NCBI RefSeq assembly: GCF_009914755.1
Contig: NC_060947.1
Source: the human T2T-CHM13v2.0 reference genome, Homo sapiens
Direction: 5' to 3' (one strand)
Length of the DNA: 64,000 nt
The notes under the pieces are model-generated. The model was given only the letters and a program-made list of their open reading frames with translations, made no database searches and had not been told where the DNA came from. Positions 46,053-62,400 of the stretch are shown here, one piece after another. Position numbers and translations under genes: made by a program. Numbering within the stretch: the first letter of the stretch is position 1; every line of letters begins with the position of its first letter.

Positions 46053-49000
46053 TTAAGGCCCCTTCATGGAAGAGAGAACAAGCCCAGAGGAAAGTAAAAA
46101 CCACACACTTCCAGGGTCCAAGGCCTTGGATGCCTCTTGGGATAACAAGAGAAGAGTTCTGGTCATTGAAGGATATCTTTTGATTTCTGGCATTAGCCAG
46201 ATGCTGCCATGGTCTACAATCTAGATCTCCAGGAGAAAAGTCATTGAGTCCAGGTAGGCAATTAGACATTCCATTTGTTGCATACTTTCTACCTCATGAT
46301 GACTATGCTAGGTATTTCACATGTAATGTCACATTTAATTCTTTCTATAACCACAGTAGCTAGAAATTATTATTCATAATGGACAAGAATTAAAATTAAT
46401 TTTAAAAATTAAAAGTAATTTAAAAATTAATTTAAAAAAGTAATTAAAATTCAGTATGATAAATTCTGTCTTCAGTACAAGTACAGGAATATATAATAAT
46501 AAATAGGAGAAGGAGATAATTCAGGGAAATATGTTGGTTTTTTTTCACATAATTCTTCCCTTTAGCTGAGACCTTAAATGTGTTTGACATAATCCTAACC
46601 CTAAGAGCTTGCAGGTGAAAGAAAATAAATTTCTTCATAAAGACACCACTGACAAGTGGAAGAAAGCATTTGAGTAATGATGAGTATCTCAAAATGACTG
46701 AATGCTGCTTGGAGTTTGGTTGCCAGAGAAAAAAACTGGAAAGATAAAAAGCAACTAGATCATCAAGAAAATAAACAGTTAAGGTGCTAGAAACGTATCC
46801 AAAAGGTATTTGTATTTAGTTCTTTCTGCCTCCATATACTGAACGGATTGTACAAAAGTCTGCCTTGTCTGGAATAGTCCTGGTCATTCATCTCTGATCT
46901 CTACCTCCTCTACCTACTTGGCTGTATGGGTCAGTGAAGACACAGGCTGCTTTCTTTACACATCTATCACTATTGTTCAAAGGGCCACTATTAGCTCTTT
47001 AAGTTATTTCTTCCATGAGGCCAGTGAGTGGGCTATACATCTCAAGAGTTATGCCTAAATTTGGCCTAAGTAAATGCTGCACCTTAGCTGTGACCCTAAA
47101 TTAGCATTAAACAGCACTCTCCCTGGAACTATCTCAGTAGTCCCTGAGGACTATTTTGATTGTAGTTTAATTATTCTTGCCTCTGTGTAAAATTCAGAGA
47201 AACTTACAGGGCAGGGAATAGCCTGGTGGGGGAATATGATGGCATTTATAGGGCATCGCAACATCCAACCACAGGAAAACTTTATCCTCTACCTCTGAAA
47301 GATAGAGAGATTGTCAGGTTGCATTTACTTGATAATTCAGTAGAAAATGAGAAAGATAGAGAACATGAATAAAATCATTTAGTTTTAAGACATTACTTAT
47401 TAAATGAAGGAGATATAGGCAATTAGCTATTCAGAAATATGTGACTGACAAAAGTTTATTTATTTCAAATTTCAAATGCAAGACCTTTAAGGAGTTTAAT
47501 TGAGAATGGCAAGAAGCCTAGAGAAAGATGAAGAGAGACATAAAGACAGAGAAACCAAGAAAGAGAGATTAAATGTATAAGACATGAGAAGGAGAAAAAA
47601 AATGATGGATAGGAGGAAGGACTAAATTGCAGCATCCACTCGGATGGACAGAGCAGCGTGTGGAGATTCACATTGTGAACTTTTGCTCCAAGAACTACTG
47701 GGGAAATATACCAGGAAAGCAGAGAAAATCCACAAACCCTTTGAAGGAAGTGGATTGCTCCTGCAGGACCTGGGAGACAGCAAAATACTGTGAGTGCCCA
47801 AACTACGAAGGCAGTAAAAGGGGGTCATCCACCCCTGAACACACACCCTCAGTGGGGAATCTGAAGGTCCAGGTCATGAGAGAAGGATTTGATCTTATCT
47901 GGAGCAGAGACAATGTAGAGAGCTGAGCGAAATACAGGGGTAGAGAAAACAGTGGGAAAAGACCTGTGGGCTCTCTGAATCCCCAGGGAAGACATTTCTC
48001 ACTTGTCTCACAGGCATCCTTGGGGAGGGCTACCAGAGGAACTAGGAAAAGACCACAGGGACAAGAAAACCTTTAGTTGAACTTTCTAACAATTACAACC
48101 GGATGTGAAGCTTCCTGTCCAGAACTCGGGGAGGGTGTGAGTCTGGTGTGCAGACTCTACAGGTGAAGGAGGTGTGAAAGCCTTGCTTGCTTTCTCAGCT
48201 GGGAGGCTGCTAGACTAGGACAAGTTATCATCCTGCTCACTCACTACCTGGAAACAAAGTTGGTGCTGTTGGTTGGGGCAGGGTGGGAGTAAGACCAGTC
48301 TTTTGGGTTGCATGGGAGCTGGGTGAGGCCTGTGACGGACAGCTTTCCCCGACTTCCCTGACAACCTGCATGACACAGCAGAGGCAGCCATAATCCTCCT
48401 GAGAACGTACCTCCATTGTCCTGGGAACCACACCCCGTCCTGCACAGCAGCCACAACAAACCCAACCCAGAGAGTCTGAGCTCAGATACACCTAACCCTG
48501 TCCCACCATGGTCTTTCCCCACCGACCCTGGTAGTTGAAGTAAAAAATCATATTCTTTTGGGAGTTCTAGGGCCCCACCCACTGCCTGATCCTCCCTATA
48601 CTACCACAGCTGATGCTTTCTTGAAAGCACCACCTCCTGGCAAGTGGCCAACCAGCACAAAACTAGTGCACTAAACAACTACAACTAAAGACCAACACAG
48701 AGCCCATTCTACTCCCCTGCCCCCTACACCAGAGCAGATGCTGGTATCCATGGCTGAGAGACCTGAATATGGTTCACATCACAGGACTCTGTACACCCCC
48801 TGACAAAAAAAAACAGCCCAAAGCCTGGCACTTATGCTGGGTGGCTAGATCCAGAAAAGAAATAACAATCACTACAGTTTGCTCTCAGGAAGCCACATCC
48901 CAAAGAAAAGGGGGAGAGTACTGAATCAAAGGATCACACTGTGGGTCAAAAGAATCTGAACACCAGCCCTTGAGCCCCAAATCTTCCCTCTGACATAGAC

Positions 49001-52000
49001 CTCTCAAATGAGAAGAAACAAGAAAACAATTTTGATAATATGACAAAACAAGGTTCTTTAATGCCCACCAAAAAAATCAAACTAGCTCACCAGCAATGGA
49101 TCCAAAACAAGAAAAAATCCCTGAATTGCCAGAAAAAGAATTCAGAAGGTCAATTATTAAGCTAATCAAAGAAAGGGGCACCAGAAAAAGGTGATGCCCA
49201 ACTTAAGGAAATTTTTAAAAAATGATACAAGGTATGAGGAGAGAAACCTTCAGTGAATTAGCATAAATATAAAACATTCACAACTTCAGGAAATAAAAGA
49301 CATACTTACAGAAATGCAAAATTTACTGGAAAGTCTCAGCAATGGAATTAAACAAGCAGAAGAAAGAACTTCAGAGCTCAAAGACAAACTTTTTGAAATA
49401 ACCCAATCCATCAAAGACAAAGAAATGAGAACTTTAAAAAAAGTGAACATAAACAAAGCCTCCAAAAAGTTTGGGACTATATTAAATGACCAAACATAAG
49501 AATAATTGGCATTCCTGTAAAAGAAGAGAAGTCCAAAACTTTGGAAAACACATTTAGGGAAATAACTGAGGAAAACTTGCCCAGAATTGCTAGAGATCTA
49601 GACATCCAAATACAAGAAGCTCCAAGAACACCAGACAAATTCATCAAAAAAAGATCATTGCCTAGGCATATAGTCATCAGGTTACCTAAAGTCAAAACGA
49701 AGGAAATAATCGTAATACCTATGAGGCAAAGGCACCAGGTAACCTATAAAGAAAAACCTATTAGACTAACAGCAAATTTCTCAGCAGAAACCCTACAAGC
49801 TAGAAGGGATTGGGGCCCTATATTCAGTCTCCTTAAACAAAACAATTATCAGCCAAGAATTTTGTATTCAGCAAAACAGCTTTATACATGAAGGAAAGGT
49901 ACAGTCTATTTCAGACAAGCAAATGCTGAGAGAATTCACCACTACCAAGCCAGCACTACAAGAACCAATAAAAGGAGCCCTAAATCTTGAAATGAATCCT
50001 GGAAACACATCAAAAAAAAGCATGAGTCTCACAAGACATATAAAACAAAAATACAATAAACAAAATAAAATGAAGGTATTCAGGCAACAAATAGCATGAT
50101 GAATGAAACACCACCTCACATCTCATTGCAAACATTGAATGTAAATGGCATTAACGCTCCACTTAAAAGATACAAAATGGCAGAATGGATAAGCATTGAG
50201 GCCTTACCCATGGGTAAGGCCTCTTGAGGGCAGTATCTGCTGCCCTCAAGTTACTCATCTAACACATAAGGACTCACATAAACTTGAGTTAAAAAGGTGG
50301 AAAAAGACATTCCATGCAAATGGATACAAAAAGAGAGCAGGAATGGCTATTCTCGTATCAGACAAAACAAACTTTAAAGCAACAGCAGTTGAAAAAAGAG
50401 GGATATTAAATAACGATGAAAGGCCTATCCAACAGGAAAATATCACAATCCTGAATATATGTGCACCTAACACTGGAGCTCCCAAATTTATAAAACAATT
50501 ACTACTAGACCTAAGAAATGAGATAGACAGTAACACAATAATAGTGTGGGACTTCAATCTCTACTGACAGCCCTAGACAAGTTATCAAGACAGAAAGTCA
50601 ACAAAGAAACAATGAATTTAAACTATACCTTAGAACAAATGACTTAACAGTTATTTACAGAACATTCTACCCAACAACCACAGAATATACATTCTATTCA
50701 TCAGTGCATGAAACTTTCTCCAACATAGATGATGCAGTAGCCACAAAACAAGTCTCAATAAATTTAAGTAAATTAAAATTATATCAAGCACTCAGACCAC
50801 AGTGGAACAAAAATGGATATCAAATACATAGAAATTAAATAACCTGCTCCTGAATAATCATTGGGTCAACAATGAAATCAAGATGGAAATTTTAAAATTC
50901 TAGGAACTGAACGATAATAGTGACACAACCTATGAAAACCTATTGGATACAGCAAAGGCAGTGTTAAGAGGAAAGTTTATAGCCTTAAATGCTAACATCA
51001 AAAAGTCTGAAATAGCACAAATAGACAATCTAAGGTCAAACCTCAAGGAACTAGAGAAACAAGAAGAAACCAAACCCAAACCCAGCAGAGAAAAGGAAAT
51101 AACCAAGATCAGAGCAGAAGTGAATAAAACTGAAACCAAAAAATACAAAATTAAATAAAACAAAAAGCTGGCTATTTGACAAGATAAATAAAATTGATAG
51201 ACCATTAGCAAGATTAACCAAGAAAAGAAGAGAGAAGATTCAAATAAGCTCAATTAGAAAGGAAATGAGAGACATTACAACTGACATCACAGAAATACAA
51301 GATTACTCAAGGCTACTAAGAACACCTTTACATGAATGAACTAGAAAACCTAGAGATGATGGATAAATTTCTAGAAATATGCAACCCTCCTAACTTAAAT
51401 CAGGAAGAATTGAAAACCCTGAACAAAACAATAACAAGCAGCGAAATTGAAAAGGTAATAAAAATTACCAACAAAAAAACCCAGGAGAACAGGTATTCAC
51501 AGCTTAATTTAATCAGACATTTAAAGAACAATTGGTACCAATCTTATTGATACTATTTCACAAGATAGATAAGGATAAAATTTTCCCTAAATCATTCTAT
51601 GAAGCCAGTATTACCATAAGACCAAAATCAGAGAAAGACATAACAAAAAAAGGAATCCGAAGACCAACATAACTGATGAACATAGACGCAAAAATTATGG
51701 ATAAAATACTAGCTAACCGAATCCAAGAGAATATCAAAAAGATAATCCACCATGAACAAGTGGGTTTCATACCAGGGGTGCAGGAACGGTTTAATATATT
51801 CAAGTCAATAAATGTGATACACCACATAAACAGAATTAAAAACAAAAATCACATTATCTCAAGACATTCAGAAAAGCATTTGACAAAATTCAGCATTGCT
51901 TTATGATTACAACCCTCAGCAAAATCAGCAAAGGACACACCTCATCTATGACAAAAGCTATCTATGACAAACCACAGCCAACATAATACTGAATGGGGAA

Positions 52001-53422
52001 AAGTTGAAAGCATTCCCTCAGAGAACTGGAACAAGACAAGGATGCCCACTCTCACCACTCTTCTTCAACATATTACTGGAAGTCCTAGCCAGAGCAATCA
52101 GACAAGAGAAATAAAGAACATCCAAATCGGTAAAAAAGAAGCAAAATTGTCGCTGTTTTCTGATTATATTATTGTATACCTAGAAAATAAATACTTCTTC
52201 AAAAAGCTCCTCCAACTGATAAATCAATTCAGCAAACTTTCAGAATGCAAAATTAATGTACACAAATCAGTAGCTCTGCTACACGCCAACAGTGACCAAG
52301 CTGAGAATCAAGTCAAGAACTCAACCCCTTTTACAATACGTGCAAAAAAAGAAAGAAAATACATAACAATATACCTAACCAAGGACACGAAAGACCCCTA
52401 CAAGAAAAAAAAAAAAAAAACAGAAAACACTGCTGAAAGAAATCATAGATGACACAAACAAATGGAAACACATCCCATGCTCATGGACGGGTAGAATTAA
52501 TAGTGTGAAAATGACCATACTGCAAAAAGCAATCTACAAATTCAATGCAACTCTCATAAAAATACCATCATCATTCTTCACAGAACTACAAAAAAAAGTC
52601 CTAAAATGTATATGAAACCAAAAAAAAGCCCGCATAGCCAAACTAAATCTAAGCAAAATGAACAAATCTGGAGGCATCACAACACCTGACTTCAAACTAT
52701 ATTATAAGGCCATAATCACCAAAACAGCATGGTACAGGTATAAAAATAGGCATATATATATCAATGGATCAGAGTATAGAACCCAGAAATAAACCCAAAT
52801 ACTTACAGCCAATGATCTTGGAGAAAGCAAACAAAACCATAAAGTGGGGAAAAAACACCCTATTCAACAAATGGTGCTGGGATAATCGGCAAACCACATG
52901 TAGGACAATAAATCTGGATCCTCATCTCTCACTTTATAGAAAAATCAACTCAAGGTGGATCAAGGACTGAACTCCAAGACCTGAAACCATAAATATTCCA
53001 GAAGATAACATCAGAAAGATCTTTCTAGAAATTGGCTTAGGCAAGGATTTCATGACCAATAACCCAAAAGCAAATGCAACAAAAACAAAGATAAATAGGA
53101 GGGATTTAATTAAACGAAAGAGCTTCTGCACAGCAAAGAAACAGCAGAGTAAAAAGACAACCCACAGAATGGGAGATCTCAACAATCTACACATCTGCAA
53201 AGGACTAATACCCAGAATCTACGACGAACTCAAACAAATCACCAAGAACAAAACAATCCCATCAAAAAATGGGCTTAGGACATGAATAGACAATTCTCAA
53301 AAGAAGATATACAAATGGTCCACTAGAAAAAGAAAAAGTTCTCAACATCACTAATGATCAGGGAAATTCAAATCAAAAGCACAAAGCGATACCACCTTAT
53401 TCTTGTAAGAATGGCCATAATC

Positions 53423-55485
<2,063 letters not shown>

Positions 55486-55795
55486 AAGAATGGCCATAAT
55501 CAAAAAATCAAAAAACAGTAGATGTTTGCGTGGATGTGGTGATCAGGGAACACTTTCACACTGCTGATGGGAATGTAAACTACTACATCCACTATGGAAA
55601 ACAGTGTGGCGATTCCTTAAAGAACAAAAAGTAGATCTGCCATTTGATCTAGCAATTCCACTACTGAGCATCTACCTAGAGGAAAAGAAGTCATTGTATG
55701 AAAAAGATACTTGCAAACATATGTTTATAGCAGCACAATTTGCAATTTCAAAAACATGGAACCAGCCCATTAATCAACAAGTGGATAAAGAAATT

Positions 55796-55798
<3 letters not shown>

Positions 55799-55841
<43 letters not shown>
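55799..55841. repeat. (TA)n microsatellite (~21 units)
   Basis: Pure TA run. Confidence 0.97.
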
Positions 55842-55847
<6 letters not shown>

Positions 55848-55850
<3 letters not shown>

Positions 55851-56152
55851 CCCCAAAAACCCCATCCAAGGGTCAGCAGCCTCAAAGATTGAAACTAGAC
55901 AAACTCACGAAGATGAGAAAGAATCAACAACAACAAAAATGCTGAAACTCAAAAGGCTAGAGTGCCTCATCTCCAAATAATTACATCTTTCCAGCAAGGG
56001 TGCAGTACTGGATGGAAAATGAGATGAATGAATTGACAGAAGTAAGCTTCAGAAGGTGGGTAATAAAAAACTACACTGAACTAAAGGAGCATGTTCCAAC
56101 CCAATGCAAAGAAGCTAATAACCTTGATAAAAAGTTAGAATAGCTGCTAACT
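55848..56152 (+). mobile_element. Orphan L1PA 5'UTR/ORF1-start fragment (~300 bp)
   Basis: Collinear with 60711-61012 of the downstream L1. Has no poly-A and no TSD. Confidence 0.85.
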
Positions 56153-56262
56153 ATAATATATATATATATTCTATAAATATATTATTTATAGAATATGTTA
56201 TATTCTATAAATATATATATTCTATATATAGAATATATATATAACTAGAATATATATATAGT
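56151..56262. repeat. AT-rich palindromic low-complexity tract
   Basis: Repeated tattctata / tatagaata units in both orientations. Confidence 0.9.
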
Positions 56263-58024
56263 ATTCTATTCTTTATACATATAAAGATATTGTGATTGAT
56301 ATATATAATGGAATAGTACTCAGCCATAAAGAAAACACAAATTGATGGCATTCGCTCCAACCTGGATGGAACTGGAGACTATTATTCTAAGTGAAGTAAC
56401 TTAGGAATGAAAAACCAAACATCATATGTTCTAACTCATGAGTGGGAGCTAAGCTATGAGAATGTAAAGGCATAAGAATATACAATACACTTAAGGGACT
56501 CGGGGGAAAGGGTGGGAAGGGGGTGAGGGATGAAAGACTACAAATTGGGTTTAGCGTGTACTGCTCAGGTGATGGGTGCACCGAAATCTCACAAATCACC
56601 ACCAACTAACTTACTTGTGTAACCAAATGCCACCTGTTTCTCAAAAACCTATGGAAATAAAAATATTAAAGATAAATAAATTAATTTCTAAGATGCTAGG
56701 CAATAACATAATCACAAGTCAGAGTGATCACTTTCCAGTGCACTGGTAATGTGATTACACTTAAATAGAAAGAAAAAGGATAGCATTTTTCCAAGAAAGA
56801 AGCAAATACTTGTTCCCACCTACTGGCTATTTTATTTGAGAATGAGTGTTGAAGTTACTGCTGAGAATAAGGGGGCAAGTTTAGTGTAATAAGTATGAAA
56901 ACTATGAAAAGATCATGACATAACTTTTGTGGATGAGGAGTAAAAAACCTTTCAGAGGAAAATTTAGATGAACAGAGACAACTTTGAAGGCACTACTGTT
57001 CCCTTTACCTCCTTGACTGGAAATAAGAGGCAGAGAAGTTAACTGAGATTCCTCAGGAAATAAATTTAGAAATAAAATTAGAACTGCTAGAATTACAAAC
57101 ACTATTATATGTCATTATTACAAAGTCAGTCATCTTCCACATTTGCAATGATTCTACATGAGAAAAGAAAGGAGCCTTAGGACTGTAGAGTAGGTGACTT
57201 AATCTAAGGAGAAGACTAGAAATAAATGGGAAAAGCAAGGTAAAATAGAATATTGTTTAATTAAGAAAGGCAAGTCAGAAGACTCTCAACTATCCCTCAT
57301 GTGTATTCACTAGTCTACTCATGAAAATATGTAGACAGGAAGACAAGGAATAGGACTTTGAAATGACACAGCCTTCCTGTGTGTGGGGAACCCTTTTTAA
57401 CCTCATGAAATCAGATGGCAATGTGCTGATTATTCATGCTTTACACCAACATCCTGAAGAAAAAGTGAGGCAGAAATTTCTGAGGATCTTATAAAGCAGC
57501 ATATAGATTCCACAGGGTCTCCATAGTTATTCTCAAATAAATGGAGCACCTAGACCCATGTGAATTTTAGGGTTTCCTAAGAGGAAAAACATTTTGAGTT
57601 TCTATCATGGATGAATCAGCTAAGTATCAAGGTTTTGGACAATTTTTAAAAGTTCATTTCTTCCTATATCTTCCTACCTTACAATGATAGTCCCTGTTCT
57701 ATAGTACCTAAATTTTTTCTTTAATGGCATTAAGTGACCCTAGCAAGGATGCTTCTAGATGCTACAGAAAGGTTCTTAGACTATCAGCCCATGTAGATCT
57801 GGGCAAGCAACAATGGTAGAACCATAGCAAATCTCCATTTCTACCACCAACTTAATACACTCTTTTTGTGCCTAGCTTCTCTTTTTTCTGAAAGAAGACA
57901 TTTCACAGCCAGGTGCCAAGAAGCTACACCTTTAGGATTCAGTCTCTTCATTGCTTTCTTTATAGAATCTGCCCTTTCCCCATCAAAGTGGCAACCACAA
58001 TGAGAATATTTATTAAATTCCTTG

Positions 58025-58310
58025 TAGGAAAATGATTATCAGACATTAGCATGAACCAAAGTCACCTGAAGGACTTGTTAGAATACAAATTGCTGAGAAA
58101 TTAGCTTCTTTGCATTGGGTTAGAACATGATCCTTTAGCTCAGCATAGTTTTTTATTACATATCTTCTGAAGCCTACTTCTGCAAAGTAGTATTCTTAGA
58201 GTTTCTGATATTAAAGGTTGGAGATGGATCCATAAAATTCATATTTTTAACAAGTTCCCAGGTGATAATGATGTTGCAGGCCTGGAAACCATACTTTGAG
58301 AACCACTGGC
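58025..58310. mobile_element. MER5A-like hAT DNA-transposon relic
   Basis: tcacctgaaggacttgtta...attgctg and tttttaacaagttcccaggtgat...ccatactttgagaaccactg. Confidence 0.75.
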
Positions 58311-58348
58311 ACATATATATGGAAGACAGTGAGTTAAAGATAACACAG

Positions 58349-58647
58349 GGCCAGGTGCAGTGGCTCACGCCTGTAATCCCAGCACTTTGGGAGGCCTAGG
58401 CAGGTGGATAACCTGAGGTCAGGAGTTCAAGACCAGCCTGGCCAGCATGGCGAAAGCCTGTCTCTACTAAAAAATACAAAAATTAGCCAGGCATGGTGGC
58501 AGGTGCCTGTAATCCCAGCTACTCGGGAGGGTGAGGTAAGGAGAATTGCTTGAACCACGAAGACGGAAGTTGCAGTGAGCCAAAATCATGTCACTGCTCT
58601 CCAGCCTGGGTGACACAGCAAGACTCCATCTCAGGGGGAAAAAAAAG
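58349..58647 (+). mobile_element. Alu (AluS-type)
   Basis: Full dimer with 13-bp TSD aaagataacacag (58336-58348, 58648-58660). Confidence 0.97.
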
Positions 58648-58702
58648 AAAGATAACACAGAAGGAAATGCTGGGCTAATTAATGTAGTGGAAACAACAGT
58701 AG

Positions 58703-59065
<363 letters not shown>

Positions 59066-59470
59066 GTATTGAGGAGCTTTACTATAAACAAAACAGAGAC
59101 ATGTGAGGAATAATTAGAGGAAGACTTCCTTGTTTAGAAAGGAAAAATAAGCCTTCCTGTATGCTGTGGAGGTGGTATATAAGAGAGAGAGAAAGAAAAG
59201 GGATAGAATGGAATATAGTGCAAAAATGGATTTCTGGCTTTTGCTGGAGAGTTAATTTGTAATAGCATGTGAGGTGGAAGAATATATGGGTGTATATCTC
59301 ATATGTTTGTAGACACAGTGATAGGAGTATGTGTGATATTCACTTTTAATTGTATCTGTATTCTTAGTACAATAGGAGATAAGGTCGTCAATTGAGAGTG
59401 AAAATAAAAAGGATGTTAAAGCTTCCAGGACAGAAATTTATTGGGGTGGGATCAAAAGGAAATTACTGGA

Positions 59471-62400
59471 GTGGGGCCAAGATGGCTGACGAGAAACAGC
59501 AGCGATCAGAGTCTCCCATCGGAAAGAACCATAATTAGCATGTGAATCCTTCACCAGCAACCAAGATATCCAGGTTCCCTCACCAGAACTGATAAAGCAG
59601 CTGGCGTGATCCATGGAGAGGAAGAAAGAGCAGCGTCCTGCAGTGGCCACCTGAGAGCAGCATGAGGCATAGGAGCCCCCACACCCAAGCCAAGAGTGGT
59701 GGTAAGTATCCCACCCAGCCAGGGAAACCATGCTTTTTCCACAGAACTGTGCAACCCACAGATCAGAAGATCCCACTCGCAAACCCACACCACTAGGGCC
59801 GAGGGCCCCAACCCATAGCCGTGCAGATTCTCAAGCACCTCTCAGCTAGAATTTGCTTAAGCATGCTGAGCTCCTGAGGGGAAGGCGACCAGCAGCACAG
59901 CTGCAACTACCTGCTGTCTAAGCCCTTTGAGCCCCTTGGGGAGGGGCAGGAGCCAATACTGGGATTCACAATTGTCTAAGACACTAAGCTCTCTGGGCAG
60001 GGAAAGCATGCAATCCATCTCTATAGCTCCGGGCCGTGCTTTTTCCCTGCTGGAGCTGGGGAGGCTGGACGGCTTGGTCCCAATAAGTGTCCCTCACAAC
60101 CCAACACACTGACAGTGACAGACTGCGGCCAGAGCGCCTCTTCAGGTCTGAAACTGACTTATCCTTTCTCACTGAGTGGGGCTTCCCTGCAGGAACTCTA
60201 ACTCCAGCCAGAGGCTAAGGGACAGAAGCCAGATCTCCCTGGGCCTGAGCCCCTGGTGGGAGGGGCCGCCGCAGTCTTTGCAGACCAGCAGACTTAGCCT
60301 TTCCTCCTAATAGTTCTGAGGAATCCGGGAAGCCCAGACGAGTAGGTTTCCCCTCAGTGAAGCACACCCCCTCCATCAAGGGACAGTCAAAGTGCTTCAT
60401 TAAAAGGGTCCTATTCCCCATGACATCCAACCTGGTGAGACCCTCCAACAGGAGTTGTCAGACACCCTATACAGGAGTGATCCTACTGGCATCAGGTTGG
60501 TGCCCCTTGACATTAGAGATTTCAGAAGAGCAGCCACCCATCTTTGCTGTTCTCCAGCCTCCTTGAGTGACATCTCCAGGTGCTGGAGCGAACCAGATGA
60601 ATACGGCCTGAAGTGAACATCCGGCAAACCACAGCAGCCCTACAGAAGAGAGACCTGATGATTGAAAGAAAAACAAACAGAAGGCAACAAAAGAATCAAC
60701 AACAAAAAAAGTCCCTACAAAAACCTCATCCAAGGGTCAACAAGCCTCAAAATTGAAACTAGACAAACTCACAAAGATGAGAAAGAATCAACAAAAAAAG
60801 GTGAAAACCCAAAAGGCTATAGTGACTTTTCCAAATGATTGCACGGTCTCCCAGCAAGGGCACAGAACTGGATGGAAAATGAGACGAATGAATTGACAGA
60901 AGCAGGCTTCAGAAGATGGATAATAAAAAACTATGCTGAGCTAAAGAGCATGTTCTAATCCACAGCAAAGAAGCTAAGAACCTTTATAAAAAGTTAGAGG
61001 AGCTGCTAACTAGAATAATCAGTTTAGAGAGAAACAAATGACCTGATGGAGCTGAAAAACACAGCATGAGAACTTCTTGAAGCATGCAGAAGTATCAATA
61101 GGCGAATAGACCAAGCAGAAGAAAGGATATCAGAGTTTGAAGACCACCTTGCTGAAATAAGGCATGCAGACAAGATTAGAGAAAAAAAATTAAAGGGAAC
61201 AAACAAAGCCTCCAGGAAATATGGGACTTTGTAAAAAGACCAAACCTACGATTGATTGGAGTACCTGAAGGAGATGGGGAGAATGGAAACAAGCTGCAAA
61301 ACACACTTCAGGATATTATCCAAGAGAAATTCCCCAACCTAGCAAGAAAGACCAACATGCAAATTCAAGAAATACAGAGAACACAACTAAGATACTCCTT
61401 GAGAAGATTAATCCCAAGACACATAATCATCAGATTCTCCAAGATTGAAATGAAGGAAAACATGTTAAGGGCAGCCAGAGAGAAAGACAAAGTACCCTAC
61501 AAAGGGAAGCCCATCAGACTAAGAATGGAGCTTCAGCAGAAACTCTACAAGCCAGAAGAGAGTGGGGGCCAGCCAATATTCAATATTCTTAAAGAAAATA
61601 ATTTTCAACGCAGGATTTTATATCCAGCCAAACTAAGCTTCATAAGTGAAGGAAAAATAAAATCCTTTCCAGACAAGCAAATGCTGAAAGATTTTGTTAC
61701 CACCAGGCCTCCCTTGCAAGAGCTTCTGAAGGGAGCACTAAATATGCAAAGCAAAAACAGGTACGAACCACTGCAAAAACACGCCAAAATATAAAGATCA
61801 AAGATACTATAAAAAAAAAACCCACCAACTAATGTGCAAAGAAACCATATAGAATAATGATGACATGATCAAATTCACACATAACAATACTAACCTTAAA
61901 GGTAAATGAGCTAAATGCCCCAATTAAAAGACACAGCCTGGCAAATTGGATAAAGAGTCAAGACACAATGGTGTGCTGTATTCAGGAGACCCATCTCACA
62001 TGCAAAGATGCACATAGGCTCAAAATAAAGGGATGGAGAAAAATCTTCTAAGGAAATGAAAAGCAATAAAAAGCAGGAGTTACAATCCTAGTCACTGAAA
62101 AAAAGGAGTTTAAACCAAAGATCAAAAAAGACAAAGAAAGACAAAACTAATGGTAAAGGGATTTATTCAACAAAAAGAGCTAACTATTCTAAATATATAG
62201 GCACCCAATACAGGAGTATAAACAGGTATTAAAAAGTCAAGAAACAATAGATGCTGGCAAGGCTGTAGAGTAATAGGAATGCTTTTACACTGTTAGTGGG
62301 AACATAAATTAGTTTAACCATTGTGGAAGACAGTATGGCGATTCCTCAAGGATCTAGAACCAGAAATATCGTTTGACCCTGCAATCTCATTACTGGAGAT

